Shown here: positions 1 through 9,034 of the stretch, one piece after another
Layout: each line of letters opens with the position of its first letter
Position numbering within the stretch: position 1 is the first letter of the stretch
Origin: Planctomycetota bacterium
GTDB lineage: Bacteria > Planctomycetota > UBA1135 > UBA2386
NCBI GenBank assembly: GCA_965223545.1
Contig: OZ245006.1
Location: 1,568,001-1,632,000 of the forward strand
Length of the DNA: 64,000 nt
Reading direction: 5' to 3'
Notes under the pieces: generated by a model
The model's input: the letters and a program-made list of their open reading frames with translations, nothing else
Databases searched by the model: none
What the model was told of the DNA's origin: nothing
Position numbers and translations under genes: made by a program

Positions 1-430
1 CGCGCGCGCGGTCGCGCGGCGAGAACACGGACATCGCGCCGAAACCCCGCACGCCGGCGACGTCGTCGAGGTCGTTGTTGTTGGTGAAGTGCAGCACGAC
101 GTCGGGCTGCAGCAGCGACAGCTGGCGGCGCAAGTAGGCGCACTCGGCAATCACATCCCAGCTGCTGATGCCGACGTGCAGCACCTCGACAGAAGCGCCG
201 GCATCGCCCGGCTGCAACATCTCGCGCAAGTAGGCGCCGACCCGATGCTCGGCCGTCGCGCCGTAGCCGAACACGAAGCTATCGCCCGACAACACGACGC
301 GGAGCACCCCGGCGGGCTTCGGCAGCACGTAGCCCCGCTCGCGCATGCCGAACGCGTTGGCGTCGATGGTCGCGCCGCGGAACAGCTTGCCGCTTACGTC
401 GGCCTGCAGGACGCGCCCGACGTCGGGGTC
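1..430 (-). CDS. SGNH/GDSL-type hydrolase (AlgX/AlgJ-like); runs off the left edge, 5' end looks frameshifted
   Basis: Manual translation, not in the ORF track: DPDVGRVLQ..NAFGMRERGY..PKPAGVLRVVLSGDSFVFG..VLHVGISSW..QPDVVLHFTNNND. Shows the GDS block I and the block III Asn. No in-frame start upstream of 430 before a stop at 536-538. Confidence 0.7.
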
Positions 431-515
431 GCGGTGCGTGCAAGCGCGACACTGGTGGAGCCCAGGACCAGCAGGAGCTGGCCGCGCCGGCGGGCCGCGC
501 GTTCCGAAAGCGACG

Positions 516-1730
516 TCAGGACGACACCTGCCAGCTCAGACAGTTGCTGACCAACGTCCCGGTCCCACACAGACCGATCATCTGCGAGCCGAGGGGCGCG
601 CCGCAGAGCGAGGGGTTGGCGGGGATCCGCAACGACAGCGCCGCCACACCCGTGCAGCCCGTGCTGCCGACCGCCGGCACCGGACCGAACACGGTCGTCG
701 TCGGGCCCACCGGAGCGAGGATCGGGCCACAAAACGACGGCAACGACAGGCCTGGAGGAGTGCACGCCCCCGCGCCGAGCGCCAGGAACGCGACGGCGCC
801 GGCCGGAGCGTTCTCCAGCGTGACGCGAAACGACGCACTGCCGACTACGGGATCCCCGCGCAGTGCGTGCACCATCGCCGGACAGGACGTGCAAGCGCCC
901 GCGGTGCAGCTCGTGCCCACCGACGCCTCGGTCGGCGGCATCCAGCCGAGGCCGACCATCGGATCGTTCGACGCGCTGACGCAACACCGCGAGCCGGTGA
1001 ACGCGCAGCTGCCGCGGTCGAACCGCAACTGCACGATGATGCGCCCGGCGACGTAGAGCGTCTTTTGGCACGCATCGTAAGCCAAGCCGGTCAGCCCGGT
1101 CAGCGGGATCATCGCGCACCGATCCAAAGGGATCCGGCAGAACGGGTTGCACGGGTCCGACAGGGGCGCGGCAAACACGGTGCCGCCCGCGCCGGTCGGA
1201 TCCGCCGTGCAGTAGAACAGTGTCCCCGTGCTGTCATCGCAGGCCGCACCACTCAGCACCTCGCCAACCGGCGGCGTGATCGCACACCGCGACACGAACG
1301 ACAGTGCGCAGCCGCTGGTGCGGAAGATGAGGATGTTGTTGCTGGCGTCGGTGACGAACAGCTGTTGGGTCGCCGCGCTGTGGGCCAGTCCGGTCGCCGG
1401 ATTCGAAGCAGAGACGCGCGGAATCGGAGCGACGCTGCACACCTCCGCGCAACCGCCTCGCGGATCCACTCGCCCGATCACCAGCCCGTTGGTGATCCAC
1501 AGACCACGTGTCGTGGCGTCGTAGGCGGCACCGCCGTGCGACGGTGCCGTCGCCGCGGGAAAGCCGGCCAAGGCGCACGAAGTCTGGACGCATGCGCCGA
1601 CGTCGGTGTTCAGAATCGACGGGATCTGTTCGGTCAGCCCCAGCAGACGCCCGCCGGTCTGGGCCGGCAGCGCGGCGGCCAACAGGACAAGGACACCGAC
1701 GCTCCGTCGGCGACGCGGGGTAGTGAACAT
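516..1730 (-). CDS. Secreted Cys-rich beta-propeller-like protein with the shared C-terminal domain
   Basis: ATG at 1730 gives signal peptide MFTTPRRRRSVGVLVLLAAALPA|Q. Repeated G(A/L)A(Y/H/C)D-type blades. C-terminus GTSC..GDPVVG..IPANPSLCG..SQ..SNCL. Confidence 0.8.
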   Translation of the reverse strand: MFTTPRRRRSVGVLVLLAAALPAQTGGRLLGLTEQIPSILNTDVGACVQTSCALAGFPAATAPSHGGAAYDATTRGLWITNGLVIGRVDPRGGCAEVCSVAPIPRVSASNPATGLAHSAATQQLFVTDASNNILIFRTSGCALSFVSRCAITPPVGEVLSGAACDDSTGTLFYCTADPTGAGGTVFAAPLSDPCNPFCRIPLDRCAMIPLTGLTGLAYDACQKTLYVAGRIIVQLRFDRGSCAFTGSRCCVSASNDPMVGLGWMPPTEASVGTSCTAGACTSCPAMVHALRGDPVVGSASFRVTLENAPAGAVAFLALGAGACTPPGLSLPSFCGPILAPVGPTTTVFGPVPAVGSTGCTGVAALSLRIPANPSLCGAPLGSQMIGLCGTGTLVSNCLSWQVSS

Positions 1731-1815
1731 GGGCAAGCTCCGAGTGACGGGACTCCAGATCGTCACCGACTCTTGTCGGAGGCGCAACACCAGCCCAGCA
1801 CCGATCAATCTCGAA

Positions 1816-2223
1816 TCACAGTGCCCGCACCGCCGCGCGCACGCGCTCCGCCTCGACCCCCGCCGAGTCCAAGGCGCGCGCGCCCGTGCTGTCGGAAACC
1901 TGCAACAGACCGAGCAGCAGATGCTCCGTGCCGATATCCGAGTGCCCGAGCGCCGCGCACTCCGCCATCGCCGCCTCGAGCACGCGCTGGACACGCGCAC
2001 TGAACGGCAGCTGCCGTGCGCGACCCGCAGGCGATGTTTCGACAAGCCGCTCCACCGCCTGCTGCACGGAGGCCGGCTCCACGCCGCAAGCGCGCAGGAC
2101 GCGCCGCGCCGTACCGTCCTCGACCCGGCAAAGGCCGAGCAGCACGTGCTCGGTGCCGATGTACTCGTGGCCGAACTCTTCCGCCGCCGCGCGGGCGTGC
2201 CGCATGACGCGCTTGTCGGTCAC
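1816..2223 (-). CDS. Stand-alone Clp protease N-terminal (double Clp_N repeat) domain protein
   Basis: Two repeats: A..FGHEYIGTEHVLLGL and A..LGHSDIGTEHLLLGLL, joined by LPFSARVQRVLE. No AAA+ domain. GTG start overlaps the upstream stop (GTGA). Confidence 0.85.
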   Translation of the reverse strand: MTDKRVMRHARAAAEEFGHEYIGTEHVLLGLCRVEDGTARRVLRACGVEPASVQQAVERLVETSPAGRARQLPFSARVQRVLEAAMAECAALGHSDIGTEHLLLGLLQVSDSTGARALDSAGVEAERVRAAVRAL

Positions 2224-3161
2224 GTCGGGTCCAGGCAATCGCCGGTGATGCGCACGCGTGGATTGCGGCGCAGGAACGCCTGGCGGTCGGAGTCCAGGGC
2301 ATCGAACACCGAAGTCGGCACGTCGAACGGCCAGATGTAGTGGCCGTACTCGAAGCACGAGATCAGAGTGTCGCGGGTCGCCGCTTCGCGGCGGTTGCCG
2401 CGGTGGATGCCGTTGGCGTCGAACATGAACACCGTGCCAGCCTTGCCGGTGCACTGGACCTCCTCGAACTTCGCGAAGCGCTGCAGGGCGTCGCCCTCGA
2501 AGGTCCGGTTGCTGCGCGAGCGCGGGTGCACCAAGCGGTGGCTGCCCTTGAGGTAGCTCATGCACTGGTCGGTCTCGGTGACGTCGGTCAAGATCAGCAT
2601 CGAGGACAGCCGTTTGCCCAACGAGTCGTGGTGCCAGCCGAACGAACCGTAGTTCGAGGGCGGCCGCGGCTCGTAGCGGGCGGCGATCGCCTGGGTCAAC
2701 ATGACGCGCTTGCCCCAGTATCGTTCGGCAATCTCGGCCATCACCGGGTCGGTGGAAACGGTGGCGAAGCCGCGCACGTGCTTGAACGGGTCCCACGACT
2801 CGGTGACCCCCTCCTTCTGGTCGTAGCCCTGCTCTCGATACTTCAGCATCTGGCGCGGCGGCGGCACCGGACGCTCAGGCGCCTGCGGCGCGCTGCGAAT
2901 GCGCTCGACCATCGCCTCGAAGCCCGCCTTGATCTCGCCGAGCAGCGGCTCGCCGATGTGCCCGGGCAACGCGGCAACGCCATCGCGGCGCAGCGCGCGC
3001 ACGGCCTCCCGCACGCTCTCCGAGCCGCCGCGCGCGTGCGATACGCGGAGCGCTGGGTTGGGCAGCCGCGAGAGCCACTCCTTGCTCAAGAACCAGGCGC
3101 CGCCGACGGCGTTGCGGCCGCGGCGGACAAGCTGGTGGACGGGGTTGGTGGACGTCGGCAC
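2220..3161 (-). CDS. Phytanoyl-CoA dioxygenase (PhyH)-family Fe(II)/2-oxoglutarate oxygenase
   Basis: GWHHD (HxD), LILTDV, YLKGSH, distal FDANGIHRG and downstream Arg. Confidence 0.8.
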   Translation of the reverse strand: MPTSTNPVHQLVRRGRNAVGGAWFLSKEWLSRLPNPALRVSHARGGSESVREAVRALRRDGVAALPGHIGEPLLGEIKAGFEAMVERIRSAPQAPERPVPPPRQMLKYREQGYDQKEGVTESWDPFKHVRGFATVSTDPVMAEIAERYWGKRVMLTQAIAARYEPRPPSNYGSFGWHHDSLGKRLSSMLILTDVTETDQCMSYLKGSHRLVHPRSRSNRTFEGDALQRFAKFEEVQCTGKAGTVFMFDANGIHRGNRREAATRDTLISCFEYGHYIWPFDVPTSVFDALDSDRQAFLRRNPRVRITGDCLDPT

Positions 3162-3315
3162 AACTCTGGAGAAGTAGAAGCAGCGCAGTGGCGACCGAGC
3201 ATATCATCCAAGCACGCGCCCAGCGGAGTCCGGCTCCGCCCCATGCGCAGTACCGTCGACTGTCGGCTTCGAAGCGGTGGGCTTGGATCAACCCTCTCGC
3301 GCACGAGATGGTCGC

Positions 3316-4221
3316 CTACCCGAACACGTCCAAATCCAGCACGATCGGAAAGTGCGCGCCCTCGACGACCGCGCCGCGCTCCACGCGCGGCACGCCGCGC
3401 AGCAGTGGCTCGTCGCTGGCACAACGCGTGTCGGTTGCCATGTAGTTGACCACGAGCGCGCGCCGCGGCCGGTCGCTGCGGTTGCCGGCGGACCCGTGCA
3501 GCGTGTGCGAGTGGTGCAGCGTCGCCATCCCCGCGGGAACCGGCACCGCGACCGGGCGGAAAGCGGCGCGCTGCGCGGGGTCGAGGTGCGCCTTCACCGC
3601 GTCGCGCGGCGCGTCGAACGAGACCGGCGGCAGCAGGCCCCAACGGTGGCTTCCCGGGACGAACTCTAGACAACCGCTGTCTTCGTCGGCGTCGTCGAGC
3701 ATGACGTTGGCCGTGATGTGGGCCGCCGGCTCCGTCCGCGTCCAGTACGAGTAGTCCTGATGCCAAGGCACCGCGCCGCGATGCCGCGGCGGTTTGAAGA
3801 ACACCTGATCGTGCCACAGGCGCAGCGCGCGCCGGCCGAGCAGCTGCGCACACGGCACCGCCAATCGCGGCGCGAAGACCAGGTCGTGCAGCCACGGGTC
3901 GACGAGCCAGCCGCCGAGAAAATGACAGACGACGGCGTCGGGCGCGGCGCGGTGTGCGCGTTCGACCTCGTAGAGCCGTGGCTCGAGCCGGTCCAGATCG
4001 CGACGGCAGGCATCGACGGCGGCGCGCAGGCCGGCCAAGCACGCCGCGTCCAGGACCGGAACCGGGCCGACGAAGCCATCGCGCTCGAACCGCTCGACTT
4101 GCTCGTCGGAGAGGCGAAGGTCCGCGGCCTCGGCCGCCGTGCGCAGCGGCGGAAACGCGCCGAGCACCGGCCCGCCGGCACGCAGCAGGTCGGGTGCCTC
4201 GCCTCTCCGCCGCGCGCTCAC
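3316..4221 (-). CDS. PhyH-family Fe(II)/2-oxoglutarate dioxygenase
   Basis: FERDGF, DQVFFKPP, PWHQDYSYW, GCLEFVPGSH, HSHTLHGS.GNRS..PRR. GTG start overlaps the murQ stop. Confidence 0.9.
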   Translation of the reverse strand: MSARRRGEAPDLLRAGGPVLGAFPPLRTAAEAADLRLSDEQVERFERDGFVGPVPVLDAACLAGLRAAVDACRRDLDRLEPRLYEVERAHRAAPDAVVCHFLGGWLVDPWLHDLVFAPRLAVPCAQLLGRRALRLWHDQVFFKPPRHRGAVPWHQDYSYWTRTEPAAHITANVMLDDADEDSGCLEFVPGSHRWGLLPPVSFDAPRDAVKAHLDPAQRAAFRPVAVPVPAGMATLHHSHTLHGSAGNRSDRPRRALVVNYMATDTRCASDEPLLRGVPRVERGAVVEGAHFPIVLDLDVFG

Positions 4222-5114
4222 GCCTCCAGCGCGCTCCGCACGACACCGCCATGCTCCGTGAGCAGCGCGCGCGCCGCGCCGGGCTCCAGCCCGCGCTGCT
4301 GCGCGACCAGCGCCGTCTTCAGCTCGCCGTCGCACCGCACCAACAGCTGCGCCGCGCCCGCGTCGTCGAGGCCGGTCACCTCGCGCACGATGCGGCGCGC
4401 CCGCGCGCGCAGCTTGTCGTTGGTGGCTTGCACATCGACCATCAGGTTGCCGTAGGCCTTGCCGCAGCGCACCATTGCGCCGGTCGACAGCATGTTCAGC
4501 ACCATCTTGGTCGCGGTGCCGGCTTTGAGCCGCGTCGACCCACTCAGCACCTCGGGCCCGACGACCGGAGTGATCGCCAGCGCCACCGCGCGCGCCAGCG
4601 GCGAACCGGCGTTGCACGACAGCCCGATGGTGAACGCACCGGCCGCGGACGCCACGTCGATGGCGCCGAGCACGTAGGGGGTGCGCCCGCTCGCGGTGAT
4701 CCCGACCACCGCGTCGGCCGCCATGGGGCGGTGAGCGGTGAGGTCGGCGTCGCCCAGCGCGCGGTCGTCTTCGGCGCCCTCCACCGATCGCAGCAGCGCG
4801 TCGGCCCCACCGGCGAGCACGCCGACGACCTGCCCGGGCGGCGCGCAGAACGTGGGCCCACACTCGACGGCATCCAACACGCCCAGCCGGCCCGATGTCC
4901 CGGCTCCGACGTAGAACAGCCGTCCGCCGCGACCGAATCGCGCCGCGATCTCTGCGACCGCGGCGGCAATGGACTCCTGCTCGGCGGCGACGGCCCGCGC
5001 GATGCCGGCGTCCTCGTCGTTCATCAGGCGCACCAAGTCGTGCGGGCTCAGGCGATCCAAGTCGGCGGCCCGCGCCAGCCTTGCCTCGGTCGTCAGCCGG
5101 TCCAGGTCGGACAT
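4218..5114 (-). CDS. murQ: N-acetylmuramic acid 6-phosphate etherase
   Basis: LTTEAR, GGRLFYVGAGTSGRLGVLDAVEC.PTF, EGAED, GPEVLSGSTRLKAGTATKMVLNMLST, GNLMVDV.ATN.KL..RA. Confidence 0.97.
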   Translation of the reverse strand: MSDLDRLTTEARLARAADLDRLSPHDLVRLMNDEDAGIARAVAAEQESIAAAVAEIAARFGRGGRLFYVGAGTSGRLGVLDAVECGPTFCAPPGQVVGVLAGGADALLRSVEGAEDDRALGDADLTAHRPMAADAVVGITASGRTPYVLGAIDVASAAGAFTIGLSCNAGSPLARAVALAITPVVGPEVLSGSTRLKAGTATKMVLNMLSTGAMVRCGKAYGNLMVDVQATNDKLRARARRIVREVTGLDDAGAAQLLVRCDGELKTALVAQQRGLEPGAARALLTEHGGVVRSALEA

Positions 5115-5130
5115 CGGGCACCAGGCTAGC

Positions 5131-5159
5131 GAGAAAATCGTGTCAGACTCCGTACTTCC
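5131..5159. repeat. REP-like imperfect palindrome, family A, copy 1
   Basis: GAGAAAATCGTGTCAGACTCCGTACTTCC; 25/29 identical to the reverse complement of 58556-58584. Intergenic. Confidence 0.7.
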
Positions 5160-5164
5160 GCGGG

Positions 5165-5188
5165 GAACGTCTTGGGTGGGACGGCGTA
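5165..5188 (+). promoter_or_regulatory. Putative ECF sigma promoter, GAAC-N16-CGTA
   Basis: GAAC at 5165-5168 and CGTA at 5185-5188, 12 nt before ATG 5201. The same motif precedes the paralog at 38299. Confidence 0.5.
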
Positions 5189-5200
5189 GGGCTCGGCGGC

Positions 5201-6301
5201 ATGGCTCTTTGTTCACCGTTGTCGTTCTGCACCGTTGCCGCCCTGGCGGTGTTCCCTGCTGCCTTGGCTGCCCAGGGGGCTGTCGTGGTGCCTTCGCTCT
5301 ACGCGGCCGTCGACGGTCGCGGCTTGAGCGACTACCCGTTCTCACGGGCCGACGCCCGCACGCAGCTCATCGTCGACAGTGCTTCGGTGGCGACGGCCGC
5401 GGGGGTCATCACGGCGATCGAGTTCCGCGCAAACAACGAGGGACAAAGCTCCCCCCTGCCCGCGACCACCGTGCACAACGTGACGGTGCGCCTGAGCCAG
5501 ACCGGAGTCACGCCGACCACCATGAGTGGGACGTTTGCCAACAACATCACGGCGTCGCCGTCGGTGGGGTTTCAGGGATCGGTGGCGCTGCCGGCCTACA
5601 CGTCGCGGCCAACGTCGGTCGCGCCGTGGTCGGTGCGGATCCCCCTGTCGACGCCGTTCGGGTTCACCACGGCGGCGGGCGACCTGTTGTTCGACATCAC
5701 CGTCGCCAACGCACCACCGTCCGGACCGCAGTACTGGCTCGACGCCGCCACCGCGGATGGCGCGATCACGCGCTTCGGCAACCAGGGGCCGAACCTCGCC
5801 CCCCTCGAGATCACGAGTGTTCCCGGAGGCCGGCTGTTTCCCGGCGGCACGATGTTCGTGATCTACGAGTCGTACGATGCCAGCGTCTTCCACGGAGTGC
5901 CGGTCGCCGGCGCGACCCTGTTCGCCCAGAGTCGGCTCGCGACACCCCTCGACCTGACCTCGGTCGGCGCACCCGGCAACTTCCTCCACTTGCTGCCGGT
6001 GGTGCAGGTGCCGTTCGCGACGCAGGCGATCGTGCCGCCGTGCGCGGCCTTCGAGGGATCCGTGGCCTTCAACGTGCCGAACAGCAGCGCCCTGGTCGGG
6101 GCGCGCTTGGCCGCGCAAGGTGCCGTCGCCGCGCCCTCGGCCAACCCGCTGGGGATCGTCGCGCTCGAGGGCTTCGAATTCACCTTCGCCGACGGCAAGC
6201 CGCACCCGGTGGCTCAGGTGCAGGCGCCGTCGAGCACCGCGACGTTCGGCGCCAAGCCGCTCGCGGCGCTGGTGCTGCGCCTGGTCGGCTCGTTCCAATA
6301 G
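5201..6301 (+). CDS. Secreted protein X1 of unknown function; paralog of 38299..39381
   Basis: Signal peptide ..VFPAALAA|Q. Shares YPF..R.Q..I.FRA.N, LSTPF, GDLLFDIT, PLDLT..G.P and terminal G(S/T)FQ with X2. Confidence 0.85.
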   Translation: MALCSPLSFCTVAALAVFPAALAAQGAVVVPSLYAAVDGRGLSDYPFSRADARTQLIVDSASVATAAGVITAIEFRANNEGQSSPLPATTVHNVTVRLSQTGVTPTTMSGTFANNITASPSVGFQGSVALPAYTSRPTSVAPWSVRIPLSTPFGFTTAAGDLLFDITVANAPPSGPQYWLDAATADGAITRFGNQGPNLAPLEITSVPGGRLFPGGTMFVIYESYDASVFHGVPVAGATLFAQSRLATPLDLTSVGAPGNFLHLLPVVQVPFATQAIVPPCAAFEGSVAFNVPNSSALVGARLAAQGAVAAPSANPLGIVALEGFEFTFADGKPHPVAQVQAPSSTATFGAKPLAALVLRLVGSFQ

Positions 6302-6485
6302 AGCCGACCGGCCGCGCGGCGCCGCTACTTGGTCTTGCGCCGATCGTGCGGCACCACGACGCAGCAGCTCGTCGTGCCGACGTTGCCCGACGGATCGGTC
6401 GCCGCCCCGCTCAAGCCGCACATACAGCCGCAACCAACTTGCGGCCCGCAAGAACGCCAGCGCGCCGAACCGTAGAGTCGCGCCC

Positions 6486-8981
6486 TCAGCGCGTCGCCAC
6501 CGCCGGAACGCCGGTCACGACGACGGGCGCCAGCCGCGTCAACTCGCCCGCGGCCAAGGCACGCGCCGCGCGGACCACCGGATCGCGACCCGGCACGTAG
6601 ATGGTCACGTCGTACTCCCCCGCCGGCAATCCGGCCGCGACATGCTCGGACCGCGAGTTTCGCCGCGCCCACACGTGATCGACCACCAGGTCCGGATGCG
6701 GAACCCATGCCTGCTTCGTCAACGACACGGCGACACCGGGAACCGGCCGGCCGGCCGGCCCCACGACCTCCACGCGCATCCCCGCCGTCGGCATGTCCTC
6801 GGCCCGCAGCGCGAGGCACCACTCCGCGGCGCGCGCGTGCACGGTCCAGGGTTTTCCAGCGGGGACATCGACAGCTGGCGGGAGCGCCACCATGTGGTGT
6901 GCGACGGCCGCCGTCGGGCCGAAGTCGAACCGACCCGCCGTATCCGTCGTCACTTGGCGCGGCCACGGCTCGCCACCGACTCCGGCCGGTCGCATCACCA
7001 ACCGCCAACTCGCCAAGCCCTCGCCATCGGGCCCCAAGAGTCGGCCGTGCAACCGAGCTCGCCCGTCGCCGAGCACGGGGTTCCAGGTCTGTGCCCCCCC
7101 GTTCTCCCATTCGAACAAGCGCCGCCGCACTCCGCCGACACCGCCGTCCACCCACACCGTGACCCGCGGCGAGGAAAACCCTGACAACCGGTAGCGACCC
7201 ATCGCGTCGGTGCGCACGCCGATCTCGGCGCGGTCGCGCTCCGGCTGCCACCAACCCACCCAAGCCCCGGCGAGCGGTCGACCCCGAGAGTCGGCGACCG
7301 TTCCCGCCAACACTCCTTCGACCAGGTCGAGGTCGAACGCGGTGTCCGCACCGGGGTCGACGTCGACGGCCACGGTGCGGCCGACCCGGCCCGGCGCCGA
7401 CACCGAAACCATCGTCCGGCCCGCGGGCACACCCGCGGCCTCGAACACACCACGCGCGTCGGTCCAAACCACCCGCGCCGGCCAGGCCGGCTGCCGCCGC
7501 CCCAGCGCGTCCGCCACCGGCGGCCGATAGCCGGCCCCGATCTCGATCCGCGCGCCCGCGATGCCGGCCCCGAGCCGATCGCGCACGCGTCCGCGCACGC
7601 TGCCGCCCGCCGCCGTCAACCGCAACACCACGTCGTGGTGTCGGCCGCCCAGACACACCACGCGGTGCACCCGCGCCGACGCGAGCGCCGCGTCGTACGC
7701 CTGCAGATAGCGCTCCCCACTGACGTGCTCCAAGCGAAACGCTCCGCGCGCATCGCTGACGGCCACCACCGTGCCCAGCCGCGCCGACGACGGCCGCGAC
7801 AACCAAACCGCGGCCCCGGGCACCGGCGCGCCTGCGCCGTCGACGACCGTACCGGCGATCGAATCACCGGCGGGAATGACCAGCTCGATCGACCCACCGG
7901 GGACGCGCGCCCGCACCAGGCCGCCACGCGCGGCCTCCAGTTCGAGCGCCCCGTCCGGCAGACCGTCCAGCGCGCATTCGCCGCGCGCATCGGTCGTCAA
8001 CCAGCGCGCGTGGAGGAACGGGTTGGCAACCGACTGCGGCCGGGCGTGCACCCGGCTCCCCGCGACGGGCCTGCCATCGGCGAAGCGCACCCGCAATCGA
8101 CCAGCGCCAGGCGACTTGTCTCTTGCCTCGACCAGGTGGCGCGCCGGATCGTCGGCGGCGCCTCGCTCGGGCGTGGCAGCGACGCGAGCCGTCTGCCGCG
8201 CGACTTCGAGCGCCGCGGGCACATCGGGCACCCGCGCCGCCGAGCGCCATTGCGCGCCGAGCATCGCGATCGCGACCACCGCGAGTACACCGGTAGCGAC
8301 CCGCAGGGCGACGCGACGCGACGCGGACGCGTCGACCGGCCGAACCACCTCCGCACGGACCGCGACCGCGTCGGCCGCGGGCGCGGGCGCGGGCGCGGCC
8401 CGCCCACGCTCCAGCAACACCAGCAGCACGACGCCGCGCCAGCCCGCTGGCAGCTGGCGGCGCAGCAGAGCAATGCCGCGCAGCAGCTGCGTGCGCACCG
8501 TCGCCGGCGGGCGCTCGAGCCGCTGCGCGATCTCCGCCGCAGACTCCCCGCGCAGCAAGCGCCGCTCGAGCACCGGGCGGTAGTGCGGCGGCAGCCGAGC
8601 GATCGCCGCAGCGAGGGTCGCCGGCAAATCCGCGAGGGCGGCTTCGAACGCGTCGCCCCGCGCTGGCAGCCCATCCAACGCTGCGCTCGACCGGGGCCGC
8701 CGGCGGGCCGCGCGGCCTCCGGAGCGCGCCTCGTTGCGCAGGATCGCCCGCAGCCACGGGCGCAGCGGGCGACCGGGCAGGTAGGCACGGGCGTGCCGCA
8801 TCGCCAACACGAACGTCTCCTGCACCAGATCGTCCGGCTCGACGCCGGCGGGCGCGAGCTGCAGGGCGAGCGCAGTGAGCTCGGGGCGCACGGCGCGGTA
8901 GATGGTGCTGAGCGAGTCGGGGCAGCCGGTCGCCCGAAACCGGGCGAAGAGCACTTCGAGAGAGTCACCACCGGCGGCCAT
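6486..8981 (-). CDS. ECF sigma-70 factor fused via a TM helix to several carboxypeptidase-regulatory-like (prealbumin/Cna-B-like) domains
   Basis: Sigma2: DDLVQETF, RPWLRAILRN. Sigma4: LPPHYR..AEIAQRLERPPATVRTQLLRG. TM: VATGVLAVVAIAMLG. Repeats G.VVD..G.PV.GA.V..TD..G.F. Start could be 8993. Confidence 0.9.
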   Translation of the reverse strand: MAAGGDSLEVLFARFRATGCPDSLSTIYRAVRPELTALALQLAPAGVEPDDLVQETFVLAMRHARAYLPGRPLRPWLRAILRNEARSGGRAARRRPRSSAALDGLPARGDAFEAALADLPATLAAAIARLPPHYRPVLERRLLRGESAAEIAQRLERPPATVRTQLLRGIALLRRQLPAGWRGVVLLVLLERGRAAPAPAPAADAVAVRAEVVRPVDASASRRVALRVATGVLAVVAIAMLGAQWRSAARVPDVPAALEVARQTARVAATPERGAADDPARHLVEARDKSPGAGRLRVRFADGRPVAGSRVHARPQSVANPFLHARWLTTDARGECALDGLPDGALELEAARGGLVRARVPGGSIELVIPAGDSIAGTVVDGAGAPVPGAAVWLSRPSSARLGTVVAVSDARGAFRLEHVSGERYLQAYDAALASARVHRVVCLGGRHHDVVLRLTAAGGSVRGRVRDRLGAGIAGARIEIGAGYRPPVADALGRRQPAWPARVVWTDARGVFEAAGVPAGRTMVSVSAPGRVGRTVAVDVDPGADTAFDLDLVEGVLAGTVADSRGRPLAGAWVGWWQPERDRAEIGVRTDAMGRYRLSGFSSPRVTVWVDGGVGGVRRRLFEWENGGAQTWNPVLGDGRARLHGRLLGPDGEGLASWRLVMRPAGVGGEPWPRQVTTDTAGRFDFGPTAAVAHHMVALPPAVDVPAGKPWTVHARAAEWCLALRAEDMPTAGMRVEVVGPAGRPVPGVAVSLTKQAWVPHPDLVVDHVWARRNSRSEHVAAGLPAGEYDVTIYVPGRDPVVRAARALAAGELTRLAPVVVTGVPAVATR

Positions 8982-9034
8982 CGCACCGACCATAGTCGGC
9001 GCGGAGCACGGGGGTACCGCCGACCGGCGGACAA

